Shown here in pieces: positions 23,707 to 35,569 of a stretch of 64,000 nucleotides of DNA. Every line of letters begins with the position of its first letter. Position 1 is the stretch's first letter. The DNA is taken from assembly GCA_965113315.1 (NCBI GenBank), contig OZ220367.1, one strand, 5' to 3'. This DNA comes from Podarcis vaucheri (lineage: Eukaryota). Both the position numbers and the translations under genes were made by a program. Below the pieces are notes generated by a model. It ran no database searches and was not told the DNA's origin. It saw only the letters and a program-made list of their open reading frames with translations.

Positions 23707-24770
23707 TATCTGCATTCACATGGCAGTTTATTCCTTTGTTGCGACTTTTCCTTAACTGTTACGTTCTACATTATATTTGAGCTTTCGCACGATGTCAAAA
23801 CTGCTTCTGGAAGTACAGTGGAATATAGTGCCAGCTTACGGTAAACTCTAGATACCTGCATAATGCATGACAAGAAGAGTCGTCCAGCAATGGCTTGTGG
23901 GGTGCAAGTTCATTCCAGATAGACTGCTATTCATTTATTTGCCTACATCTCAGACATGTTTAAACATTCACTGCACAAATGAATTAGATATTAGAGGAAA
24001 AACTGCTGGGGTCTGCCTGATCAACAGGCAAATATTGCATAATATACTTAATACAATATGTAGATGACTGAACCTTTACATGTTGGAAAAATTCCATATT
24101 TGTCCCTACAACTCATTTTTCTTCATCAGTACATTGTGACTGAGAATTGTTGACAACTATGTAAGAGGTTCATAGACACAGAATGTTTAAATGTTCATAT
24201 TGTTACAAAAGTCCAGTGCCTGCTTCCTCTCTGCCAAGTGGTGGCAAGAGCCCATGGGATCAGAGGCACACACAGAGGGTCTATGTCCCTTTGGAGAAGA
24301 CACGGCGGAGACTGTCGTGCTTTAAGAAATATTGTTTATTCACCTATTCATACCTGTAGCCTGCATAGAGGGAATCCAGATCTTACACAGCCAACAACAT
24401 TGCAGGCAACCTTCCCACTGCCTGGCCAAGACTGATCTCTGCTCGGCTTCCTACTTCTTCCCAGAAGCCCCTTGCTCAAAAACTCCCTTTTCCTGTCCCC
24501 TCAAACATACCCCATCACCACACCCCTGTTTCTCTTCACACCTCAGGGCAGGGGGGAAGTTCTCTTGCATTGGCAACGACCCTCAATGGGCCTCTGTTGT
24601 TCTCTTAATGGCCCTAGCATGGCCAGGCTGGTTTGCATAAGCCAGCCCAGGAATTCCCTTTCTGGCATAGCTCTGCAGTTTGTGTTTTAATCCATATCCC
24701 ACTTAATCAAAATCCTAGCATTTATACATTCCTAGGGTTTAAGGGGGGGGGCTTTAGTTCTATAACAATA

Positions 24771-25186
24771 CAGTGGTACCTCGCAAGACGAATGCCTCGC
24801 AAGACAAAAAACTCGCTAGACGAAAGGTTTTTCCGTTTTCGATTTGCCTCGCAAGACGAATTTCACCTATGGGCTTGCTTCGCAAGACGAAAACGTCTCG
24901 CGACTTTGTTTCCTTTGTCTAAAAACAAAGACATGTTTTGTTTATAAAGTTAATTTATTTTCCCTTCAATTTTTGAACTGCTCTTTACAGTATGTGTGAC
25001 TTTAAAGAGCAGTTAATAAACTGTTGTTGTACCAAATTTGGCTTTGTTTGGACTTTTTTTGACCATAGGAACGCATTAATTGATTTTCAATGCATTCCTA
25101 TGGGATTTCGTGATTCGCAAGACGAAAAATTCGCTAGACGACAAAACTTGCGGAACGAATTAATTTCGTCTTGCGGGGCACCACTG
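24771..25186. mobile_element. Tigger/pogo-like MITE, 416 bp, CpG-rich
   Basis: TA|CAGTGGTACCTCGCAAGACGAA ... TTCGTCTTGCGGGGCACCACTG|TA, with a repeated CGC(A/T)AGACGAA motif. Confidence 0.92.
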
Positions 25187-28100
25187 TATTCATTCATACT
25201 CATTACGGCACTAAGAGTCAAGCCCATGAGATTTATTTAGGAACAGTCAGGCACCGAGAAGGCTGCTATCAAGAGTCTCAAGGCTTCATAACCTGTCCTA
25301 GCCCTGACAAGGACTTCACAAGGCAACACAGATTAAGGCAGGTTGGTGGCTGCAGCATCGCTGACAGCTGCAAGGGAACTGTTTGCTTCAGGGGAGACTG
25401 GAGGAGAGCGGAGACCTTATGTGCCTCCACCGGTCTTTGGTCCCTCCTCCTCAGTCTCTGCCTCTCCTTCTTCAAAGCATGGAGACTCCAACAGGGTCAA
25501 CTACCTGCCTCATGCATCTCACCTGTTGTGCTCCCTGCACTGTTGGGCAGGTGCAGTAGCATGGGAGGTTCAGAGTAAGGAACTTGTAAAGATCCTGCAT
25601 CCAAGTTCAACTGCCTATCAGTCCAGTCCATCCCTTCATCTGATGGCATGGCAAGCTCAGACTTGGCCAGCTCCTCCTCCTCCAACTGAGCTTAAGGCTG
25701 GGGCCATGACAGTTCAAAACCCTGGAAGGAGGACTCAAAGAATTCCTTCCTTTGTTGCTATAAGAACAACTTCCGTGGGCTGCCTTAGCATGTAATCCTG
25801 CCCCAACTATGCCCTGTTCTAGTTATTTTAAAGGAAGTGTGCAAGTTTCTTTTATCTCTTCATTTGTAGCCCACTCTTACTCCAAAGATCTCAGCATACC
25901 ACATGTGGACCTTTCTGCAAGCTTTTCTCTTGGCAGCTTGAGATGGATGATTGTGACTTCTCCAAAGGCATCTATTTCAGCCTGGATTTTTCATGTACAA
26001 ACCAAAACCTCTTGACTATTCCATGAAGGAGCGTAGCAATTGAATTCCTCAGGTGTTTGCCACAGTAAGAGAGGGAAACGTGGAGGAGTTCTCCATTCCT
26101 TAGCACACAGGCATTATGTGTTGGGGAGCTGCAATTGGTCACTTATCCCTTGCTTACACATGTTTGGAACTTTGCCCTTCACATCTTATGTGTTTACCAT
26201 GGGCAATCCTGGGGAAACACTCTAAAAATTAGCTGTCACATCATGTGTGAAGCAACACACTCTGGTTCTCATGTAACACTTTCAGTCCAGACGAGAGGGT
26301 TGGGGGGGAGGTGGCTAGAGATGGACTTGTGGTTTTTTCCTCACTGCCCCCCCCCCCAATTTTGTTAGTTCCGTTCTGTGTGTTCACGTCAGCACTCGGC
26401 TTGATCTGCCCTAGATGAGTCAACATGTCATCATCACTGCTTTGATAGAGGCCTGATCTCCAGCCCTATTCTCGTCACGACTCGGAAGCAAAAGCCTTTT
26501 ATCTGAGCTGTGCGAAAGCACATTCCGCTCAGGAATCAGATCGAGGCTTTGAGGCAATCAAGCAAGAACAGTTCAGCCGAGGCTCTGGGGAAAGAAAATA
26601 AATGTTGCACTGAAGTATGATGAAATATAAATAACAAAAACAGTTCATGTTGCATAAACATCACACATGAGCATATGCCGACTGGCATGTGAAGAAGAAG
26701 AAAAGACACCCTCTGAAACCTAGAGTTAATATTTCCCCCAGGCAAAGCCACTTAGGATATTTAAGACCTTCCTTGTCCTTCACAAACCTGAAAGAGCTGG
26801 AGAAGAGATCTTTGCTGGCAAAGCTGCCTTGTACCAGCACTTCCAAGACAGAAGTTGAGTAGTTTCCTGTTTAGCTGACATAATGCACACGTCCATTACC
26901 AGCTCCAAATCTGCAAATAATTCACCAGGGACTGAGAGCAATGTAATTTTCATAAGAGAGATATCAGCTAAAAATATCCTTGCTAACAATCCATCTAGGT
27001 CCTGCATAGTAGATATTTACTTTTGCATGAGAAACATTCCCGGGGGGGGGGAGGAAGCTGGCAATAGTGAGTATAAGCATTTCTTCTGAAGGGTTACTAA
27101 CTCCTATATGCATCCATTGTGCCAAAACCTTGGGCAGATCAGTAGTTTTCCTGGCAAAGGTAGCAGCTGGGCAGCAAATGTAAACAAGCCAAGATGGTTC
27201 ATCTAGCTACTATCTTTATTTCAGGCAAATGTTTTCATGTGAAACTACAAGATGCCTTGCTCTTCTTCTGTCCTAAAAAGCCATTTAGACTTGGAAGACA
27301 CCAAACTTTTCCTTTTTCTAGAGCTCAGTTATGTTGTCTTCCACAAATGTTCTACAATTGTCTTCTGGATTATGGTTCGGATATTCTCTGAATATCCACA
27401 CACCTGCTGAATGTTGGCTCTGAATCTGATAGATTTCATTGATTTGGTATTTGACCATTGATATTAGCTGGCACTTGATAGTTGGCTTGCAATGATATTA
27501 GTATCTGACAGCACTTGATGGTGTGCTACAGTGTTTGACAAATGGCAGCTGACAGCTTATGAAATTTCATACTTTATTCTTGTCAAAAATCAGAGCAACC
27601 AAGGGAAGCCAATAACTTGAAATGCAAAGGGTCACATTTAAATACAGAGTTGACTTTGAAATTCAAAACTGGAAATTTTAGCACACTTTGCATATTAACA
27701 ATTATTTGTTTCAGCTTAAACCTATTCCAACAACAGTTTTGGAAGAGATGGGCATCTGCTGATATGCAAAATGTGTTTGCACTATTTTTCATTGTTTTGA
27801 ACCCTTAGTGTGAGTACACCACAAAGAGACTTCAACTTGCTCAATGACTGTCCAATTCCTCATTACCTTCTCCTCAGGTGAGATGAGTTGTCTTCCTTGG
27901 GAATTGTGCTCCTCTTACAAAACATCCTTGTGAGCAGCTCTGTTTCAGGAAGCCAATAGCCAAAGCTTTATAGGGAATGGCTGAAAATAAGGCTATGGGC
28001 ATGCAACTGCAGATTAATATTATGCACAGCAGAAATCTCTCAGTAAGCCAAGAGTTCAAAGCTGCTTTCCTTCAGAAGCTTCCTTAGTGATGTTTTCTGG

Positions 28101-28964
28101 ATTCTTCCCAAAATGGATTCAGTGGGTTCAGTGTCCCCCCCCCCAAAAAAAAAACCCCTCAAGGGTCCATCTCTGACAACTGACACTGTAGCAGCCCTGC
28201 AATGTGCTGGCATGCCACATGGGGAGGGTTGTGAAGCAATGACACTTTAATTTGGAGCCCAAAGCTCTGGCATTATCATGGAGTGGGGATTTCGTTGCAA
28301 AGGAGACTACAAACTATACAGAACACCAGCCTCAAAAGAGGCTCTTTGTTAAGTTGTCCCATCTGAATTACAAAATATAATTTAATACGCAGACACGTCT
28401 GTCTTATGAAAAGGACTGGGGCAATTTAATGGAGTAGGACAAATTACGTGTCTCAAAGTGCAAAATTATATCATGTAATAAAGAACACAACACAAGGCGT
28501 CTCTCACTGTTCTCCCCCGCCCCCCGGGTTCTCTTTTGGAATCAGTCTGGGTTATTGAAAAATGCAGAAATTTCCCTCTTGTTATGATGCAATTATGTGT
28601 CTCTCCCACCCCAAACGAAAAAAACCTCTTAACTCTGCATGCATGTGTGTTGAAGAGCTCCATTTTCATGCTTAATTTGAAACTACAGAGACCATAAAAG
28701 GAATATGGCTCTTATTTGTATGACTCACTGGTTTGGAGAAAATGGAGCTTTATATCCCAGGCACAATTTTCTGACCTAGGGCAGAGTCGTAAAGGCCAGG
28801 GAGGCAGCAGACGTGCACAAGCCATGCTTGTTACTGTAACAGGGAAACAGTAGGGGCAGGGAGAAGGAGTCGGCGTCAGGCGAAAGGAATTGGCAATGCA
28901 TTCCCTTTCCCTTCTCTTACTCATGGGCTCCAGAGATGATTTTGTAGCTAGGCTGAGGTTTCCT

Positions 28965-29217
28965 GAAGAAGAGGAGAAGGAGGAGTTTGGCTTTGATATC
29001 CCGCTTTATCGCTACCCGAAGGAGTCTCAAAGCGGCTAACATCCTTTCCCTTCCTCCCCCACAACAAACACTCTGTGAGGTGAGTGAGGCTGAGAGACTT
29101 CAAAGAAGTGTCACTGGCCCAAGGTCACCCAGCAGCTGCATGTGGAGGAGCGGAGACGCGAACCCGGTTCCCCAGATTACGAGTCTACTGCTCTTAACCA
29201 CTACACCACACTGGCTC
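28965..29217 (-). mobile_element. Young tRNA-derived SINE (Squam3-type), subfamily A
   Basis: Reverse complement GAGCCAGTGTGGTGTAGTGGTTAAGAG...GGTTCGCGTCTCC...GATATCAAAGCCAAACTCCTCCTTC, with Pol III A/B boxes and a CTT/CCT tail. Four copies occur in the window. Confidence 0.9.
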
Positions 29218-29584
29218 TCCTATAGAATCGTCTCCTTCAAATAATGTAGAGTTCTTTCCTTCCTGGTGGTTTTTGCCCAGAACTGATTGCAAGGTGCTTC
29301 CCAGCAGCTGGCCTAGTGCTAATCTTCTGTAGTGACTGACATGCCTATTCCCGCAGCAAGACTTGCGTTCTGCTCCAAGAATAGGAAGCCTAATCAACAC
29401 GAGTAGGAAACACTTTAAAATATGTATTGATTTCCGGAGCTGTGTGCTAAACTACTGTACAAGGAAAGACAAGTACATGGTCTCCAGAGGGAGAATCAAA
29501 ACAAAATACTACTACAGAAAAGATTGTGTTGCAATTGGGAAATTCAAAATGGTACAGAGGTGGGAACTTGGGAGTCCATAATGC

Positions 29585-29775
29585 CTGCTAGCCATGATGC
29601 CTATGTTCTGCCTCCAGAGTCAGGCAGAAATGCTTCTGAATACCAGTTGCTGGAAAATACAGAAAGAGATGTCCTCTCATGCTCAGGTCCTGCGGTAGAA
29701 ATCTGGGTGGCCACTGTGAGAACAGAATGCTGAACTTAATGAGCCATTGGCCTGATGCTGCAGGCTCTCCTTATG
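29585..29775 (+). mobile_element. CR1-type 3' UTR relic
   Basis: tgcttctgaataccagttgctgg...ggccactgtgagaacagaatgctg...ttggcctgat...ggctctccttatg, a CR1-group tail. Confidence 0.6.
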
Positions 29776-29930
29776 TAGCTCAGTGGTAGAGAATCTGCTT
29801 TGCATGCAGAAGGTTCCAGGTTCAATTCCTGGGAATCTCTGGGCACACCTGGAAATGTCCCATCTGAAACCCTGCTGCCAGCCATGCTAAGCTAGATGGC
29901 CTCGGTATAAAGCTGTTTCCTATGTTCCTA
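29773..29930 (+). mobile_element. tRNA-Ala(UGC)-derived SINE
   Basis: atgtagctcagtggtagag...ctttgcatgcagaaggttccaggttcaattcctgg resembles tRNA-Ala(TGC). It continues into a non-tRNA body ending ttcctatgttccta. Confidence 0.75.
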
Positions 29931-32066
29931 TCAAATATCACTTCCTCCCAAATAGATGCCTGTACTGGGTGGATGGTTTCCTTTTGCGGAGCAGTGGTAT
30001 AGTGAGGCTTCAGCTATTTTCACAGCAGGGATTATGATGATGTCGTCTTCTGGGTGTTTGATGTTTTGATGCCAAGCAATTTTTTCTGTGAGAGAACCCT
30101 TACCAAATAAGCTAAGCAGAGGAAGAGGTAAGTTACATTAGTATGCATGGCCAACTACCAGAGCTCTTCCATCATGCTGAATATTAAGCAAAGCAGGAGG
30201 AAAGAGGGAGGGGAAAATGTGGACTTTGTATGGGAGCCATAATCATTGCATTGGTGAAGAGTTCATTTTTGTTGTATAGTCTTAGTAGAGGCCTGGCTAT
30301 CAGAATCACTGTTTTCAAGTGTCAGGTTTCACCAATGAAAAACAGCCCCAGTTCATCCCTGGTGCCTGAAGCTAGCTTGTTGTAACAACCAAACCTGGAA
30401 GAGCTGCTCTGTGTGTTGTGATGGTGCAAGACTCTTCCTGCTGTGTCTTCCTTTATGCACACTGGCTTGGAAAAGCGGAGGAGGTGGGGAGGGAATCTAG
30501 GGAAGCTGGATTTTCGTTTCATCAGGATATATTTTGTTCTCAAAAAGGGAGTATGTGAATTATGGAATCTCTGAATTTAGCCCTATATTGACATCTTGAG
30601 AAGAGTGTTGTTAAGTAAGATCTAACAAGCTGGAAGGTCAAACTGCTGACAATCTACACAAAGAGTAGAATCTCAACTCGAGAGAGAAATATGAGGAGAT
30701 GAGGACAAAAGCAGCTTTCTATAAGTTTTCTAAAAGGAGCACACTGTTAAAAACCAGAGAAAGTACCAGGAGATTTCAAATGTCAAGTTTATGTAAAACA
30801 GCACTGCAGAATGCATGCCTAGGAAAGTCAGCTCCATGTTGAGAAGTTCTTTGCCTTCAAGATGCTATGGGCACCGACTCTGTGATATGCTTGTTTGTTA
30901 ATGTCCAAGTCATCAATGAGATTCAGTGAATGAAGAATGAGAGGCTTTAAGAAATCAAGCTGGGTGGACACAACTAAAAGGAGCGAGTGATAAGTAGATT
31001 CATCTTTAAGTCAACAATCTTAAGGAAATCCAGAAATATTTCCTCATGATCTGCTTCAACTGGATAGCAACCTCTCTTCGTGGGTTCTGCATTGGATCCA
31101 TGGGTTAGGTCTTTCTGGACATTCACCTTGCCTCACATATCCCATATCTTGCTAAACTCTTCACCTTTCTTCTGTTTCTCAAGACTGGCTCAAAGCTTAC
31201 AACTTCCAATTAAAACTCTCCACACCAGCAGAAACAGTAGCATTGATGTGAAGACTCTTTGTGTTTTGGCCAAAATGTATTGGAAATGGCTTTTCCCCAG
31301 CTCCCCCACGGAGTATCGCCACACAGAAGCCATTTTCCCCACCCGAGTCAGCTTTGAGCTCTGAACCCTGCAAGGTCCTGCTTCAAGAGAACCAGGTAAC
31401 AATCCTGGACTTCTGTTTTTATAAGTCAGTTCAGTTTTTATATGTCTGGCCCAGCTGCCGATTTTGGCAGTCTAAAAGTGGGGAGCCTGAGAAAGTGAGG
31501 CAACCCTTTCCTGACTTTTCCTATCCTGTCATTGTTGTCAGTAGTGTGGTTGAGGCAGCTACCATCACATTGCTGATCAGTTAGTTGGAGTGAGAAGAGC
31601 TGGAGCTCTGAATTGTGACATTCCTCCCCTGTCCCTAACAGATAATCAAAGATACTGATGGTTCTTGGGTTGGGTCTATCACAGTGCTGATCAGCTTCTT
31701 GGGTTGAAGCATATAGGTAGGCTAGTTTAGTTTGACACCCCAGAATGGAGGGGGCTCCAAACCTCTTGGGCCAGCTGACATTCAGATTTTTTAAAAGAAA
31801 GAGGATGAAGAGACACAGAGATTTTTAAAAAGACATAAAACACAGAGTGAGAGAAGGAGAGAGAAGATGCATTCAGCCATTGAGAGGTCCAGCTTTCTCG
31901 CCATAGGGATATCAGTGGAAGAGGGTTTCCCTTCACTTGCATAGTTAAAACCAAAACAAACCCTGATAATGAAGGCTGGAGTGTAGGAAGAAGGGCTGAA
32001 TCAAACAATATGCCAATACCATGTTTGTCTCTTGACCTTTTTTGATTAGTCTCCAGACAGGATGCA

Positions 32067-32068
<2 letters not shown>

Positions 32069-32117
<49 letters not shown>
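32069..32117. repeat. (TC)n microsatellite
   Basis: Uninterrupted TC dinucleotide run of about 24 units. Confidence 0.97.
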
Positions 32118-32122
<5 letters not shown>

Positions 32123-32167
32123 CTCGCAATGATTGAAGGTGCTTCTGCAAAAATATCTTTGCCTGTG

Positions 32168-32330
32168 TTTTATATAAATGACCTAGAGTTAATGCTAAGC
32201 AGTGAGGTGACCAGATCTGCTGATGACACCAAATTATTCAGGGTGGTAAAATCAAAGAAAAGGGGATTGTGATGAACTCCAAAAGGATATCTCCAAAAGG
32301 GGTGAATTGGCATTAAAATAGCAAATGCGA
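32168..32330 (+). mobile_element. CR1 reverse-transcriptase fragment
   Basis: Translates FYINDLELMLSSEVTRSADDTKLFRVVKS, matching the CR1 RT motif FINDLE.GV.SEV.KFADDTKLFRVV, then frameshifts. Confidence 0.85.
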
Positions 32331-32334
32331 TCCA

Positions 32335-32443
32335 GGGCTTATCCACACATACCTATCCCCCACTCTTTCCAACCAGAATCCACAATTTAAAGCTCCATGT
32401 CTGAGCACCTTTTCTTTTTCCCTCTGTACCTTTCCGTGGTAAA
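32335..32443 (+). mobile_element. DNA-transposon (PIF/Harbinger-like) terminal fragment
   Basis: Starts GGGCTTATCCACAC, is homologous (inverted) to 21035-21142, and truncates the CR1 fragment. Confidence 0.55.
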
Positions 32444-32659
32444 GGTAAAGTGATGATCATTGAGACAAAATAAATTGCTAACTTCATAAATATACTAATT
32501 TGGCATGAACTGGGAGTAATTGGCCAAGAAAGAGATCATGGGAGTCATGGTGGTTATCTCAAGGAGAATGAAAGTGATCATGTGGAATTTTGTAGTTTGG
32601 TTTAATTTTCCATGCTTCTAAACATCCACATTAAAAATACTCAGCAAGATTGTTCAGTA

Positions 32660-32825
32660 ACTTGGAGCATGATTTCAACAGTATGCTGATGGCATCCAGC
32701 TTCTCCTCCTCCTCCTTCCTTTCACTCTAGCAGGTGTGGCAGGCTGAATGACTCCCCTGAAGACAGTAATGGATTGAATGAGAGTGAATAAACTGAATCT
32801 CTCTTCATACAATGCAGAGATGTTG
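32660..32825 (+). mobile_element. L2-clade RT fragment
   Basis: cagtatgctgatggcatccagctt (QYADGIQL, resembling YADDTQL) and gtaatggattgaatgagagtgaataaactgaatctc (resembling VMDWMRANKLKLN). Confidence 0.65.
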
Positions 32826-34340
32826 GTGGTGGTGGTAGTGGTATTTCATGGGAAATACGTCTTTGCCTGCTACTGTCACAGCTTGAGTGATAATGGGATG
32901 TGTTCTGAAACCTATTGTGACAATCTTACTATTAGTAGCAGGAGTATGGGTATATTATGCTATTTGACTCAATGTGCATCCACTTTACTTTGCCCTGAAT
33001 ATCATTTGCAATTCATTGTCCATTCACCCATTTTGGAGATATCTTTTTGGAGCTGTTTTGCAGGTCACTATGGCTCTCACCATCCTGAATCACATCATCA
33101 CAAACTCGGCCAATTCACTGCGCACGCTGAAGTCCAGATTATTTTTAGATTAATTGCATATTGCCAGTCCAGATGCAGATCTTTGAAGAATCACACTGCT
33201 TGCTTCCTTCACAGCAGAAACTGTCTGCTTATGACTACCCTCTGCTGCCTATTGTTTAATGCTAAAGTAATCCAAAACATTTGGAGACTAAGGACTGCTT
33301 TGTGAATTAAATGGAGGTGGGGGAGGGGGATGGAGATGATGCTATGAATCATTTCTATTTCACTGCGCATGCAAACTGCAGACCTGAGATAGAGCCGATG
33401 CTTTGTGTCAGATAGAATTTAATCCCTGAAACATTTTGTCAGCATAGTTCCATATTAATAGGTAATCAGGAATGCAAAAATGCTGAGCCATCTAATATGA
33501 ATAAAATAAGCCAATCTATAGTTGATCTTTTGTCTGAGCCACACATTTTGAGGACTGCAAACTTTGGTGTTGAAATTAAGTGTCTCAGTCCATTAGTTGC
33601 TCACTTCAACTTGACTCGGCTGTAGTTGGACTGAAAATTGCACTAATGAGATGGATGTGAAATGGCCTTCTGTAGAATGAGCATTTTGATGATTTTTGCT
33701 AATTTACTATAGCACAACGGCCACATTAGGAAAATTTATCTCTTTTGGCTTGGAAGAGACTGTAGGCTATATACTAATAAAAATGGAGGAAAGGCTGTTA
33801 TTTTGAGCTGGGAGTCATCAGCATGGCAAATTGATAAAGCATGTCCTGGGAATCCCAGGCCAGCAACTGGATTCATTGCATACATTGATTCTGCCTGGTT
33901 ATTTCCATTCATCTCTGCATATTCAAAATATGTATGTTCCCAGTGTTTTAACAGCCTATTGCTCATTGCAGTACAACCTACAGATTAGATTTTTGGTGCT
34001 CTGTACCTTGGAAAATGTTTACATGCATTTCAATACCTCTCAATCATTTGCAGCCTCCAATAATCTTGCTTCTCAGTGTGTCACAGAAATTATTCCTGCA
34101 TAGCAGATGCTTCTGTACTAAAAGACAGTGGTTTTTAGAGAGAAGCACAATGATCTAAATGTTGGTTGCTAACAGTGGTTTCACTATAGTAAATTCTCCA
34201 ACCATTGGTGAGTGTTAGCACATAGCAAGAGTATGAGGAGCTGATGCCTTTGCTACAACCTGTCATTCACCCCATTCCCAAATTCCTTGAGTGTTTTCAA
34301 TGTTCTCCAAATCTCTATAGGTTTACATAGCTAAACAGTA

Positions 34341-34582
34341 CAGTGGTACCTCGGGTTAAGTACTTAATTCGTTCTGGGGGTCCGTTCTTAACCTGAAACT
34401 GTTTTTAACCTGAAGCACCACTTTAGCTAATGGGGCCTTCCGCTGTTGCTGTGCCACCAGAGTACGATTTCTGTTCTCATCCTGAAGCAAAGTTCTTAAC
34501 CCGAGGTACTATTTCTGGGTTAGCGGAGTCTGTAACCTAAAGCGTCTGTAACCTGAAATGTATGTAACCCGAGGTACCGCTG
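34341..34582. mobile_element. Tigger-like MITE, copy 2 of the 4558 family
   Basis: TA|CAGTGGTACCTCGGGTTA...TAACCCGAGGTACCGCTG|TA. Confidence 0.92.
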
Positions 34583-34948
34583 TATATTGATGGGCTAGTC
34601 TGCGAGCTAGAACCATGGAAACTCTTGTCTTGACTCACAGGCTGTAATAAAGGGTGGGCAATGTTACTCCATTGTGAGAAGCAATGAGACAACCCTGTGA
34701 GCCGAGAGTCAACAATGTTTGCCTTTGTTATCACAAAAGCTTCAAATGGCCTTTATAGAAAACACCATTGTTGAAAGGATCTGAAACCACTGTTATCTGC
34801 TGAAATGTACAGCCTGTGCACCTTGAATTTCTCCAGAAATAAACTATTCTGGCTGGAGAAGCATGCTTAGGGAGCAGGCTGCCAGTTTGACGCTGTTCCT
34901 TTGAGAGGGTCTGGAAATTCTTCAAGATGACTGCTGTTGGTCTTAGGA

Positions 34949-35214
34949 AGGGATCATAGCTCAGTGTGGCAGAGCACATTTTTACATACAGCAGGGATGG
35001 GAAACCTCTGACATTGCTGTTGCTAGACTCAAATTCCCATCAGCACCAGTCAGCCATCGGGGATATTGGCAGCTATTATCCAGCAACATCTGGAAGGCTA
35101 CAGGTTCCAGCTGCGAAAGATCATTGCCTCAAAGCTGCTTCTGCACAGAGTAGGCAATACTGAGCTAACTGGACCAATCATCTGCCTCAGCATAAGGCAG
35201 CTTCACATTTCCTA
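34949..35214 (+). mobile_element. tRNA-Ala-type SINE interrupted by an old palindromic hAT MITE
   Basis: Head gggatcatagctcagtgtggcagagcac, inserted cagggatgggaaacct...caacatctggaaggctacaggttcc, tail ataaggcagcttcacatttccta. Confidence 0.6.
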
Positions 35215-35257
35215 ACTCATAATAATAACATTCCCTAACAGTGCAGCACTTCTTTAT

Positions 35258-35569
35258 GGGAGCCAGTGTGGTGTAATGGTTAAAAGTGGTAGACTCAATC
35301 TGGTGAACTGGGTTTGCATCTCCGCTCTTCCACATGCAGCTGCTGGGTGACCTTGGGCAAGTCACACTTCTCTGAAGTCTCTCACCCCCACTCACCTCAC
35401 AGAGTGTTTGTTGTGCGGAAGGGAGGGAAAGGAGAATGTTAGCTGCTTTGAGACTCCTTAGGGTAGTGATAAAGCAGGATATCAAATCCAAACTACTACT
35501 ACTACTACTACTATTACTACTCTTCTTCTTCTTCTTCTTCTTCTTCTTCTTCTTCTTCTTCTTCTTCTT
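35258..35569 (+). mobile_element. Young Squam3-type SINE, subfamily A, with compound (ACT)n(CTT)n tail
   Basis: GGGAGCCAGTGTGGTGTAATGGTTAA...GATATCAAATCCAAACT plus tail. TSD-like cttctttat at 35249-35257 and 35564-35572. Confidence 0.92.

Noticed and set aside
24771-25186. Repeated short motif as a CRISPR-like array
   Set aside because: Spacing is irregular, both orientations occur, and the motifs are bounded by TIRs and a TA TSD in a vertebrate genome. They are MITE subterminal repeats.
29773-29850. tRNA-like sequences (also at 51149, 60122 and 806) as true tRNA genes
   Set aside because: Their stems are degenerate, they lack an oligo-T terminator and they run into SINE bodies or LINE tails.
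30300-31600. Possible very old L1-like coding relic or unannotated exons
   Set aside because: Only a few short, ambiguous peptide resemblances on different strands; not supportable.
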